From an uncultured Leptospirales bacterium (lineage in GTDB: Bacteria > Spirochaetota > UBA4802 > UBA5550), in NCBI GenBank assembly GCA_964514165.1, contig CAZEPS010000001.1, positions 1,800-65,799 of the forward strand: a stretch of 64,000 nt of DNA. Reading direction: 5' to 3'. The notes under the pieces were generated by a model, which made no database searches, was not told where the DNA came from, and saw only the letters and a list, made by a program, of their open reading frames with translations. The translations under genes and the position numbers were made by a program. Positions 50,102-57,906 of the stretch are shown piece after piece (the stretch's first letter is position 1; the number at the start of each line of letters is the position of its first letter).

Positions 50102-50959
50102 TCAAATCGTCACGACCATTCCTTCCCTGGCTCCAATAACCTCTAAATGTGGTTTTGAAGATTTTTTTACAGAACTGATCATCTTATCAATAAAGGAATC
50201 ATCATGGTAGGGATCATGGTGAAAGGTGTAGAGTTTTTTGACCTCGCTGTTCCTTGCAAGCCTGACGACCCCTTCAATGGTCGAATGACCCCATCCAGCC
50301 TTATTCGGATATTCCCTGTCAGTGTACTGGCACTCCGCCACCAGAATGTCAGCTCCCCGTATCAGGCCCTGTATGTTTTCAAGGTTGAATTCGGGTATTT
50401 CTTTATTAACTATTAATTCATTATCAGTGGCATATACGAAGACCTTGCCCCTGTATTCAAGCCTGAACCCGAGTGAAAGGGCGGGATGCATAAGATGGGT
50501 ATGATATATCTCTATGTCACCGATGGTCAGTGGATTATCGTACAGCTCGTGAAAAACCAGGTTCGATGACACCTCTTCAAGGATAACGGGAAAGTATTCC
50601 CGTTTCATCTGCCCGGCGAGAAGATCCTTGATGTCATGAAAATAATGCCCCCCGTAAACATGTATCTCCTTCTCTTTCATATACACATAACTGAAAAAGG
50701 GGAAACCCTGGATATGGTCCCAGTGGGTATGGGTGATAAGCAGGTGTACTGATGCCGGTTTATCTCCGAATTCATCAACAAGTGACCGCCCCAGATTTTT
50801 CAATCCTGTTCCCGCGTCAAAAATCAGAATCGTATCGCCGCATCTGACCTCAATGCACGGGGTATTTCCACCGTATTTCAGGAATTCCCTGCCAGGGGTC
50901 GGGATAGACCCCCGCACACCCCAGAACCGTATAAACAAATCTCCTCTTGTATCTTTCAT
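50102..50959 (-). CDS. MBL-fold metallo-hydrolase
   Basis: HLLITHTHWDHIQGFPFF contains the HxHxDH metal-binding motif. Confidence 0.75.
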   Translation of the reverse strand: MKDTRGDLFIRFWGVRGSIPTPGREFLKYGGNTPCIEVRCGDTILIFDAGTGLKNLGRSLVDEFGDKPASVHLLITHTHWDHIQGFPFFSYVYMKEKEIHVYGGHYFHDIKDLLAGQMKREYFPVILEEVSSNLVFHELYDNPLTIGDIEIYHTHLMHPALSLGFRLEYRGKVFVYATDNELIVNKEIPEFNLENIQGLIRGADILVAECQYTDREYPNKAGWGHSTIEGVVRLARNSEVKKLYTFHHDPYHDDSFIDKMISSVKKSSKPHLEVIGAREGMVVTI

Positions 50960-50980
50960 AATAACAATATCGGCTGATAC

Positions 50981-51137
50981 TAATGATAATTCTATCGAAT
51001 CGATAGAATTATCATTAGGGGACTTCTAAAACTATGTTTTTGAAGTCCCCTTGTGTGCACAAAGTTTGATAAAACCAGCATTTACAATTATAAGGATAAT
51101 TGTAAATGCTGGTTTTTAGATGTGCCCATTAAATGAG
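50981..51137. repeat. Composite intergenic repeat element (most complete copy)
   Basis: It contains a 37-bp perfect palindrome (50981-51017), a hairpin GGGGACTTCTAAAAC..GTTTTTGAAGTCCCC (51018-51050), TGTGCACA, an 18-bp perfect stem hairpin ACCAGCATTTACAATTAT-aagg-ATAATTGTAAATGCTGGT followed by TTTTT (51074-51118), and the block AGATGTGCCCATTAAAT. Confidence 0.7.
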
Positions 51138-51232
51138 AATAGTCAAAGAGTGAGTAAAATTAATCATTTCATAAACATTACCGTTATCTTTTTTTCATGG
51201 CAGTGTAAAACCCGATTAATCGTCTATTGCTC

Positions 51233-51261
51233 TTGACAAATCAGATCAATAAATATATAAT
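51233..51261 (+). promoter_or_regulatory. Consensus sigma70-type promoter (TTGACA-17-TATAAT) upstream of cheD
   Basis: TTGACA at 51233-51238, an exact 17-nt spacer, and TATAAT at 51256-51261, about 50 nt upstream of the cheD ATG. Confidence 0.6.
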
Positions 51262-51310
51262 ATGATATCCGTTATGCATCTGAAATAAGTGTAAGGACAA
51301 TAACAAAGGC

Positions 51311-51796
51311 ATGGAAAAGACACTACTAAACGTTGGGGTTGCCCAGATCAAAAGCGCCCAGAGTCCAACTATCTTAAGGACAATTCTTGGCAGCTGCGTC
51401 GGCATCTGCATCTACGACAGGATGAAGAAGATCGGAGGCATGGCGCACATACTCCTCCCCCATGATCAGAGCCAGGGCGCCAAACCGGAAAAATATGCTG
51501 ATTCGGCAATCCCGATGCTCTATAAACTGCTGATGAAAGAGGGGGCCAACAAGGAATTCCTGTCGGCGAAAATTGCCGGAGGCGCCTCCATGTTTAAATT
51601 CGACACCAACCTGGCCCTTGGCCAGATCGGTATTCGAAACGTTGAGGTCACCAGGGAGGTACTGGAAAAACTCGGCATTCCGGTTGTTGAAGAGGACGTG
51701 GGGGGAAATATGGGTCGAGTTATTGATTTTTTTCTCAATGATGGTCACTTAAAGATCAAGGCCGGCGGGCAAGAAAAAATGTACTATAAAGTCTAA
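51311..51796 (+). CDS. cheD: Chemoreceptor glutamine deamidase CheD
   Basis: The GSCVGICIYD catalytic Cys motif and the overall ~160-aa CheD pattern (HILLP...). Confidence 0.8.
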   Translation: MEKTLLNVGVAQIKSAQSPTILRTILGSCVGICIYDRMKKIGGMAHILLPHDQSQGAKPEKYADSAIPMLYKLLMKEGANKEFLSAKIAGGASMFKFDTNLALGQIGIRNVEVTREVLEKLGIPVVEEDVGGNMGRVIDFFLNDGHLKIKAGGQEKMYYKV

Positions 51797-51814
51797 ATAT
51801 TCCTGGAGATTTCG

Positions 51815-52675
51815 ATGAACGAACAGATAAAACAAAGAATTGATTCAGTGATAAACAATATTGATCAGCTTCCGTCCATTCCCGATGTTGCGAGTAAAAT
51901 CATAAACATGATCAATGACCCGGACGTATCATTTAAGCAGGTCGCCGATGAGATCTCCAAGGACCAGGCGATGACCACAAATATTCTGAAACTCGCGAAC
52001 TCCGCCTACTTCAGCAAGGGAAAGGAGATAACCTCTGTCGACCGTGCCATAGTCACCCTCGGCCTCAGGGAAGTTAAGGACATCATAATGGTCATCGTTA
52101 CCAAACCGGTTCTCGACAAACCGATAGCGGGATACGACCTGGCCAAGGGTGACCTCTGGAAGCAGGGACTGGTCGTCGCGGCCCTGTCAAAAAAACTGGC
52201 TTTGGCCAGGAAAAGAAAAGATATTTCCGATATCGTTTTCACCGGCGGAATACTTCACAACGTGGGGAAGGTGGTCATCTCGCTCTACGTTCATACCGCT
52301 TTCAAGGAAATAATGAGCGCTGTTGAAAACAATAACATTTCTTTTGATGAAGCCGAAAAAGAGGTAACCGGATACAACCACCACGAGGTCGGTGAAAAAA
52401 TACTTGCCAAGTGGAACTTTCCGGCAGTACTGAAATCGATAGTCCGTTATTACCAGAACCCCGCGCAGGCACCTGATGAGCACCACTACGAGGTGAGCAC
52501 CGTCCACATCGCCAATGCTGTCTGCCTGATGGCCGGTATCGGCGTCGGCAGCGACGGCCTGTACCATCAAATAGCAAAGTCAGCAATGGAAACAGTCGGC
52601 GTCAAGGACGCGGATATGCAGAGGCTGTATGAGCTTGTACCGGAGACGGTGAAACAGGTCCAGGTTTTAATGTAG
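51815..52675 (+). CDS. HDOD domain signalling protein
   Basis: LPSIPDVASKIINMINDPDVSFKQVADEISKDQAMTTNILKLANSAYF is the typical HDOD N-terminal region, with the degenerate HD-fold His/Asp pattern downstream (HHEVGEKIL). Confidence 0.8.
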   Translation: MNEQIKQRIDSVINNIDQLPSIPDVASKIINMINDPDVSFKQVADEISKDQAMTTNILKLANSAYFSKGKEITSVDRAIVTLGLREVKDIIMVIVTKPVLDKPIAGYDLAKGDLWKQGLVVAALSKKLALARKRKDISDIVFTGGILHNVGKVVISLYVHTAFKEIMSAVENNNISFDEAEKEVTGYNHHEVGEKILAKWNFPAVLKSIVRYYQNPAQAPDEHHYEVSTVHIANAVCLMAGIGVGSDGLYHQIAKSAMETVGVKDADMQRLYELVPETVKQVQVLM

Positions 52676-52680
52676 CATCG

Positions 52681-53088
52681 ATGCATATCATAAAAAACTG
52701 CGGTTCGTGCGGTAAAAAAATTCGATTCCCCATCGACAGGGGCAGGATTCAGGTATTTTGCAGGTGCGGCTTTTCATTTGAAGCTGATCCCGATGATCCC
52801 GAACTCTACAACAATGCCCGGTTTGACCTCATGGCCGGTGAAAAAACCCGGAAAAAAAAGCCTCACCAAAAGGGCCGCCATTTTGATATCCAACAGTTTA
52901 CTGATGAGTTGATTAACCGGTTTCTTCAGATTAAATACAAGGTACAGAATTTCCCCGTTCTCACGGCCAGGGACCAGAGAAAAATGGCGGCGGCCGCAGT
53001 ACTGATTATTCTGCTCCTCTCCCTTCTCATTTACCTGGCAATTGAGCTTTCGGGGCCGACTCCACGGCCCGGCAAGATTGTACTGTAG
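52681..53088 (+). CDS. Zinc-ribbon protein with C-terminal TM helix
   Basis: CGSCGKK...FCRCG, a four-Cys ribbon, a basic linker, and a C-terminal hydrophobic helix AAAAVLIILLLSLLIYLAI. It is translationally coupled to the next gene by a 2-nt gap. Confidence 0.5.
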   Translation: MHIIKNCGSCGKKIRFPIDRGRIQVFCRCGFSFEADPDDPELYNNARFDLMAGEKTRKKKPHQKGRHFDIQQFTDELINRFLQIKYKVQNFPVLTARDQRKMAAAAVLIILLLSLLIYLAIELSGPTPRPGKIVL

Positions 53089-53090
53089 CC

Positions 53091-54023
53091 ATGGGATTCT
53101 TTATCAACGACACAACCAGATATCATGAAACAGCCATTGATACCCTCGGCTGGGAGTTGACCGTACCCAATGCCCTGGAACAGCCAGGTACGGTTATACG
53201 GAAAATTCTCGGAAGGGAGACCACGTTTGGCTCACTTCTTGCTGATTATCTTTCGGGTACTATCCCCCTTCAGAGCATCAAAAATGTCGTGGAAATCGGC
53301 GGGGGCTATGGTTTCGTCATGAGGGATCTTCTTTCGCTGTATAAAAACCTTTCCGCAACGATGGTGGATATCTCCCCCCTGCTTTTGAAAAAACAGCGGG
53401 AGACCCTTGCCGACTTTCCCGTCAACTTTATAGAGAAGGATTTTTTTTTCATGGATTCAGGGTTGTTGAAAGATTGTGATTTCATCATGATGAATGAAAT
53501 TACAGGAGATTTCCCCACAGCCTGTTTTATCCCCCATCCTGAAAAGGAAACCGGAACGGGTGACAGCCCGGATCTTGCCGGGTTGTATTCCGTGATAGAA
53601 AAATACCGGCTCCCCTTTTCCGGTAATGGGAACTATTCACTGAATATCGGGGCTGTCCGCGCCCTGGAGAAGATCGGTGAAGCGGGAATTCCATTCGTGT
53701 ATGTCAGTGAACACAGCTCGGAGGCAATCCTGCCGGATTTCTATCACGATCGGGTCGATCCGGACGGCAATCCTGAACGGATCCGCCTCATGGGGCATGA
53801 CGAATACACCATCCGCTTCTCTGATCTCGTTACCGTGGGGCTTCATTACGGGTACCAGGTTACCAGGGGCCGTTACGCCGATTTCATAGAAATACCTGAC
53901 ATGGACAGATTGCGCTATATCCTTTCAACTGACACCTGCAGTGATGATCACGAGATCATCAGGCACTTCGTGTATGATCTCTACAAATACGAATATCTGG
54001 TTCTGAAGAAAGAGATACGGTGA
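53091..54023 (+). CDS. Putative class I SAM-dependent methyltransferase (DUF185/MidA-like?)
   Basis: Motif I VVEIGGGYGFVMRDLL and post-I ATMVDISP. About 310 aa. Family assignment is tentative. Confidence 0.5.
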   Translation: MGFFINDTTRYHETAIDTLGWELTVPNALEQPGTVIRKILGRETTFGSLLADYLSGTIPLQSIKNVVEIGGGYGFVMRDLLSLYKNLSATMVDISPLLLKKQRETLADFPVNFIEKDFFFMDSGLLKDCDFIMMNEITGDFPTACFIPHPEKETGTGDSPDLAGLYSVIEKYRLPFSGNGNYSLNIGAVRALEKIGEAGIPFVYVSEHSSEAILPDFYHDRVDPDGNPERIRLMGHDEYTIRFSDLVTVGLHYGYQVTRGRYADFIEIPDMDRLRYILSTDTCSDDHEIIRHFVYDLYKYEYLVLKKEIR

Positions 54024-54044
54024 CAGAATAACGGGCTGAAACTG

Positions 54045-54341
54045 CTACCCTGCAGCCTCGATTTCCTTTTTGCGATCAAGGAGGTGCTTGTAGTAGAGAG
54101 CCTGGGCCTGGTTCTTGTTTTCAAGATCTTCGATTTTCGTGTTCAGTTCTTCAAGGGTAAGCCTGTTTATCTTTTTCTTTTTCTGGGACGCAGGCTGGGC
54201 TGTTTCACCGCCTTCCGGAGCAGCGGGCTGTTCCGCCGTTTCATGGCTGCCGGCACCACCGGCGGTCTCCTGAACATCCTGAGTCTCTTCAGACTCCTGG
54301 ACTTCCTGTTTTTCCTGTTTTTCCTGTGCTTCTTCTGACAT
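54045..54341 (-). CDS. Small acidic Glu/Gln-rich protein
   Basis: 98 aa. The N-terminal 45 aa are EQ-rich low complexity and the C-terminus is a predicted coiled coil. Confidence 0.4.
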   Translation of the reverse strand: MSEEAQEKQEKQEVQESEETQDVQETAGGAGSHETAEQPAAPEGGETAQPASQKKKKINRLTLEELNTKIEDLENKNQAQALYYKHLLDRKKEIEAAG

Positions 54342-54527
54342 GTAATAATCCTCGCCTGTAAATTATATGGGTACATCCGAACCGAATAATCACTACATAA
54401 CTGGCAAACCGGTTTTTCTGAAACTTTGTTCTGATTTTCTGTTACAGAAGTACCCTGTTAGTGTTTGTATAAGTGCTTAAACTATTTTAAGCCTGGTCAC
54501 AGCATGTCAAGCCAAATCCGGAGTTAT

Positions 54528-54986
54528 TCATTGATAATTTTTCAGTTCCCTCTGCACGTCGCGGTCCATGTCCCGTTTCTGTATGGCTTTTCTCTTATCA
54601 TATTTGGCCTTCCCCTTTCCGAGCCCGAGCTCGACCTTTACCTTTCCGTTTTTCATGTAGAGTCTCAATGGAACCAGGGTGAGCCCCTTTTCCTGGAGCT
54701 TGCCGGTCAGGCGCTTAATCTCGTGCTTGTGCAGGAGGAGTTTTCTCTCCCTGAGGGGATCATGGTTGAAACGGTTTCCCATGTCGTATTCGGATATGTT
54801 CATACCCACCAGGTATGCCTCTCCGCTCTTAATCCGGGCGTAGGCCTCCTGGATGCTGACCTTCTTCTGGCGGATTGACTTGACCTCCGTGCCGTGAAGT
54901 ACGATTCCCGCCTCAAAGCGATCGAGGATCTCGTATTCGAAACGGGCCTTCTTGTTTTTAACGATGTCAACGGTATTGTTCATCAC
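54528..54986 (-). CDS. smpB: SsrA-binding protein
   Basis: KKARFEYEILDRFEAGIVLHGTEVKS is the conserved SmpB core, with a C-terminal basic tail. Confidence 0.9.
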   Translation of the reverse strand: MMNNTVDIVKNKKARFEYEILDRFEAGIVLHGTEVKSIRQKKVSIQEAYARIKSGEAYLVGMNISEYDMGNRFNHDPLRERKLLLHKHEIKRLTGKLQEKGLTLVPLRLYMKNGKVKVELGLGKGKAKYDKRKAIQKRDMDRDVQRELKNYQ

Positions 54987-55001
54987 CGGCCATCAGGATC
55001 A

Positions 55002-55532
55002 TCAGTCAATCTGCTCCATCTCTTCACGCATCTTTTTGCGGACCTCCTTGATTATCTCCTCGTCGGACAGCTTTTTCTGGAGGGTTACCCGGTAACGGAC
55101 CTCAAGTTTCCTCGGAGATACCACTCCCCGGGGAAACTCGAATGACCAGCGCTGTATGTCCTCCATCAGGAGCTCCTGGATCTCCCTGAGGTGAATGATC
55201 TTGTGGGGACGTATCTTCATGATGTTTCCCGAATCGGGATAGAGCCATACCCTGAGTACCCCTTCCTGGGTTTCGTCAATCTTGTCGTATCTTCGAATTT
55301 CATCACGGATATATTCATCACCTGCCGGGTCATGGACCCTCTTTATGTCTCCGTGGTGATTCATCTGGGATACCCGGTAAACATCCGACGTCATGAACAC
55401 CCTGAAGGTCTCCCGGGCTTCCGGATCCACCCTGAGGAACTTCTTATCCTCCGGGGTCATGGTTGTCGAGCAAGACAAAACCGCGAACAGGGCCAGTAGT
55501 ATACCAGGGACCGCTTTCCTTATAAACAGCAT
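55002..55532 (-). CDS. Hypothetical lipoprotein
   Basis: Start taken at the ATG at 55532, preceded by GGAGAG. Lipobox LFAVLSC. The track ORF extends to 55652. Confidence 0.5.
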   Translation of the reverse strand: MLFIRKAVPGILLALFAVLSCSTTMTPEDKKFLRVDPEARETFRVFMTSDVYRVSQMNHHGDIKRVHDPAGDEYIRDEIRRYDKIDETQEGVLRVWLYPDSGNIMKIRPHKIIHLREIQELLMEDIQRWSFEFPRGVVSPRKLEVRYRVTLQKKLSDEEIIKEVRKKMREEMEQID

Positions 55533-55563
55533 TTTATTTCTCTCCAGCTTTGGTAATATATTT

Positions 55564-55610
55564 GAGACTTCCGAAAACAATAAATTTTTGAAGTCCCCCC
55601 GTATTGCACC
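55564..55610. repeat. Copy of the GGGGGGACTTC-AAAA...TTTTCGGAAGTC hairpin repeat (minus orientation)
   Basis: The reverse complement reads GGTGCAATACGGGGGGACTTCAAAAATTTATTGTTTTCGGAAGTCTC. It is the same core as 51018-51050 and 63875-63910. Confidence 0.6.
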
Positions 55611-55724
55611 ATTCAGTATACTGTTTATTTTAAGTTTCTTCAATACTGACAAGTATTTTTTTGAGTATTCGCTTGACTTTCCGTGAGTTCTGTCTTTTTA
55701 ATGAAGTAACCATAACTAACAAAG

Positions 55725-56285
55725 GTGATACCCATCATGATGAAATGCAAAGCATGCTCTTTCGTAATGGATGAAAACAAGATTAAGGACGTCTGCCCCG
55801 CCTGCGGGCTGCCGAAGAGCGTGTTTGAACCCTATGACGACAAGCTCTCCCCGAGGAGAAGGCTCATAATGAACCTCGACCTTCACGCAATCGTTGTCCA
55901 CTTTCCCCAGGCTTTCGCGGTATTCATCCCTCCCTGTATTATTGCCGCCCTTTTCGTGCCGGAGCCGTACAGGAGCGATCTCTTCTCCACGGTAACCATT
56001 CTCGCCTTTGTGCTTCCCCTGTCAGTCCTCGCTTCCCTGACGACCGGCATGTTCGACGGGAAAAACAGGTTCAAAAAGCTGAACACACCGGCCCAGGTCT
56101 ACAAGATGACCCTCGGGTCTATCCTGTTCCTGTTGACCGTGGGCATCTTCTTCGTGGTCATAACCGTGGGATACTCAGTGACCGGCCAGGTCCTGATTGT
56201 CGCCCTGAGCGCCCTGTGCGTTACCTGCCAGGTGCTGCTCGCCCGGATAGGCGTCAAGCTGATGTTTTCCCATCTCAAAGGGTAA
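55725..56285 (+). CDS. Polytopic membrane protein with N-terminal zinc ribbon
   Basis: CKACSF...CPACG ribbon, then about 4 TM helices. Confidence 0.5.
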   Translation: MIPIMMKCKACSFVMDENKIKDVCPACGLPKSVFEPYDDKLSPRRRLIMNLDLHAIVVHFPQAFAVFIPPCIIAALFVPEPYRSDLFSTVTILAFVLPLSVLASLTTGMFDGKNRFKKLNTPAQVYKMTLGSILFLLTVGIFFVVITVGYSVTGQVLIVALSALCVTCQVLLARIGVKLMFSHLKG

Positions 56286-56294
56286 CCGCTTACC

Positions 56295-56588
56295 TTGAGT
56301 TTTTTACTAATAGCGTTCGCGGTTGCCGTTATCATTATCTCTCTACGCAAGTACCGCCGCTGGTACACGGCAGGCGCGGTAATACTCTTCCTTTTCACCG
56401 CCACCACGACCGCGTTAATCTACGGTCTGATTTATTTCCGTACCGAAGAACTTATCCGCTTTTTCAACCTGACTATTCCAAAAAAAGGTTTCATCCACGC
56501 AGTTATACTCTGGTACGGCGTTGATATCTTCTGCGCGGCAGTGATTATCAGAAACTACCGGGAGTACCTGTCGGTAAATAAGGGGTGA
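56295..56588 (+). CDS. Small hydrophobic membrane protein
   Basis: 97 aa with 3 predicted TM helices, 10 nt after the preceding gene. Confidence 0.35.
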   Translation: MSFLLIAFAVAVIIISLRKYRRWYTAGAVILFLFTATTTALIYGLIYFRTEELIRFFNLTIPKKGFIHAVILWYGVDIFCAAVIIRNYREYLSVNKG

Positions 56589-56615
56589 TTTTCCTTATAA
56601 GCAGGCGATCCTGGA

Positions 56616-57536
56616 TCACAGTATTTTAACCGGCACCGGAATGAAGGTTGCCAGGAGTATTGCCATGCAGACCCACCCGGCTACCTTTTCACCGGTGGTG
56701 AGTTCACGTTTTTCCGGTATGTAGGGATGGGCCACCATGAGCACAACCAGTGTCATGATTATCCATAGTATCCATCCGTAAAAGAAAAAGGAGAGCACTA
56801 CCAGCGCCGCCAGGGCCCCCCATCCGAAATAGCGCTGTTTTTCCCCGATCATGGCATAAAGGATATGTCCCCCGTCGAGCTGGCCTATGGGCATGAGGTT
56901 CAGGCTGGTGACGAGAAACCCTATCCATCCGGCCCACATGTAGGGGGTAAGGAGAATATCATGACCGGCAGGCAACGGTCCGTGAACCAGGTAAATTATC
57001 AGTTTCAGGAGCAGGGAATCGCCGAATATCCAGACCTCCCCCGGGTTTTCCGGCACCGACAGGGGGATCACCTCAGCGAAATAGATTCCGACAACAACCG
57101 CTGCGAGGCTCAGAATAAATCCCGCAATGGGACCGGCAGCCCCGATATAAAAAAGCGCCCGCCGGTCCGGAATCGGTGACTTTACCCTGATGACCGCCCC
57201 CATGGTGCCGACAATCGTCGGCAGGGGAATAAAATAAGGGAGCGTAGACTTCACCCCGAAACGCCTGGCGGCCAGGTAATGGCCGAATTCGTGGCTCGTC
57301 AGGATCGCCATCAGGGTCAGGGAATAGGGGATCCCGAAAGTTACAATCGACTCTCCGAGGAAAAATGCCGAAAAGGTCGTCGTAACAATGGTTGCCATGA
57401 AGAGGAGTATATTGACGAAAGGCCTGTTCCCTGCCGCGGGAAGTTCAGGTATTTTTTCCGGATCATGGACGGTGGCGACTTTTCCGGAATTGAGGCGCCT
57501 CAGGTACGCACGGAAGGCGCGTATAAATCTGTCCAT
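56616..57536 (-). CDS. Site-2 protease family metalloprotease (peptidase M50)
   Basis: HEFGHYLAARRFGV (HExxH embedded in a TM helix), a second metal-ligand region LDGGHILYA, and multi-TM topology. Confidence 0.75.
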   Translation of the reverse strand: MDRFIRAFRAYLRRLNSGKVATVHDPEKIPELPAAGNRPFVNILLFMATIVTTTFSAFFLGESIVTFGIPYSLTLMAILTSHEFGHYLAARRFGVKSTLPYFIPLPTIVGTMGAVIRVKSPIPDRRALFYIGAAGPIAGFILSLAAVVVGIYFAEVIPLSVPENPGEVWIFGDSLLLKLIIYLVHGPLPAGHDILLTPYMWAGWIGFLVTSLNLMPIGQLDGGHILYAMIGEKQRYFGWGALAALVVLSFFFYGWILWIIMTLVVLMVAHPYIPEKRELTTGEKVAGWVCMAILLATFIPVPVKIL

Positions 57537-57541
57537 ACTAT

Positions 57542-57712
57542 TCAGTTAAAGCAGCCGAGCTGACATCCCTTGATTTTTATCCCGAGGCGGTTGATTTCTT
57601 CACCAACCTTTCTCGGTGACATATCCAGCTGGTCAGCTATTTCAAGGGCTGACTTGCACTGTATGGCGTTTTCCCTGGTCTTTTGTTTTATTAAATCAGT
57701 CAAATCTTCCAT
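57542..57712 (-). CDS. Small (56 aa) putative helix-turn-helix protein
   Basis: Start taken at MEDLTDLIKQ with GAGG 5 nt upstream. ...SALEIADQLDMSPRKVGEEINRLGIKIKGCQLGCFN is HTH-like with a C-terminal CxxGCF. It is 6 nt upstream of the M50 gene. Confidence 0.4.
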   Translation of the reverse strand: MEDLTDLIKQKTRENAIQCKSALEIADQLDMSPRKVGEEINRLGIKIKGCQLGCFN

Positions 57713-57757
57713 GAAACCTCGTTTTACATTTGCGTGATATGCAATGAATTTTAAGGT

Positions 57758-57870
57758 AACCTCTATCAAGCAAATACGAGGTTCCCCTTTGGGTACGTAA
57801 TATGAACCAGCACAATTTTCATGAAAACGGTGCTGGTCAAATTGCCATCTGCACCCTTAATTATTGACAA
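57758..57870. repeat. Copy of the composite intergenic repeat (AACCTC..GAGGTT / TTTGGGTACGTAATATG / CCAGCAC..GTGCTGG / GCACCCTTAATT blocks)
   Basis: Block-by-block similarity to 30685-30809 and to the 3' half of 63875-63980. Confidence 0.65.
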
Positions 57871-57906
57871 CAGTGAAGGATGGGGGATTGAATTTCCAGA
57901 AGATTT

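Noticed and set aside
54435-54447. TTCTGTtACAGAA palindrome resembling a CTGT/ACAG LexA-type half-site pair
   Set aside because: The spacing between CTGT and ACAG is 1 nt rather than the 8 nt of LexA boxes. It is a single occurrence with no SOS gene adjacent, and recX is 9 kb away.
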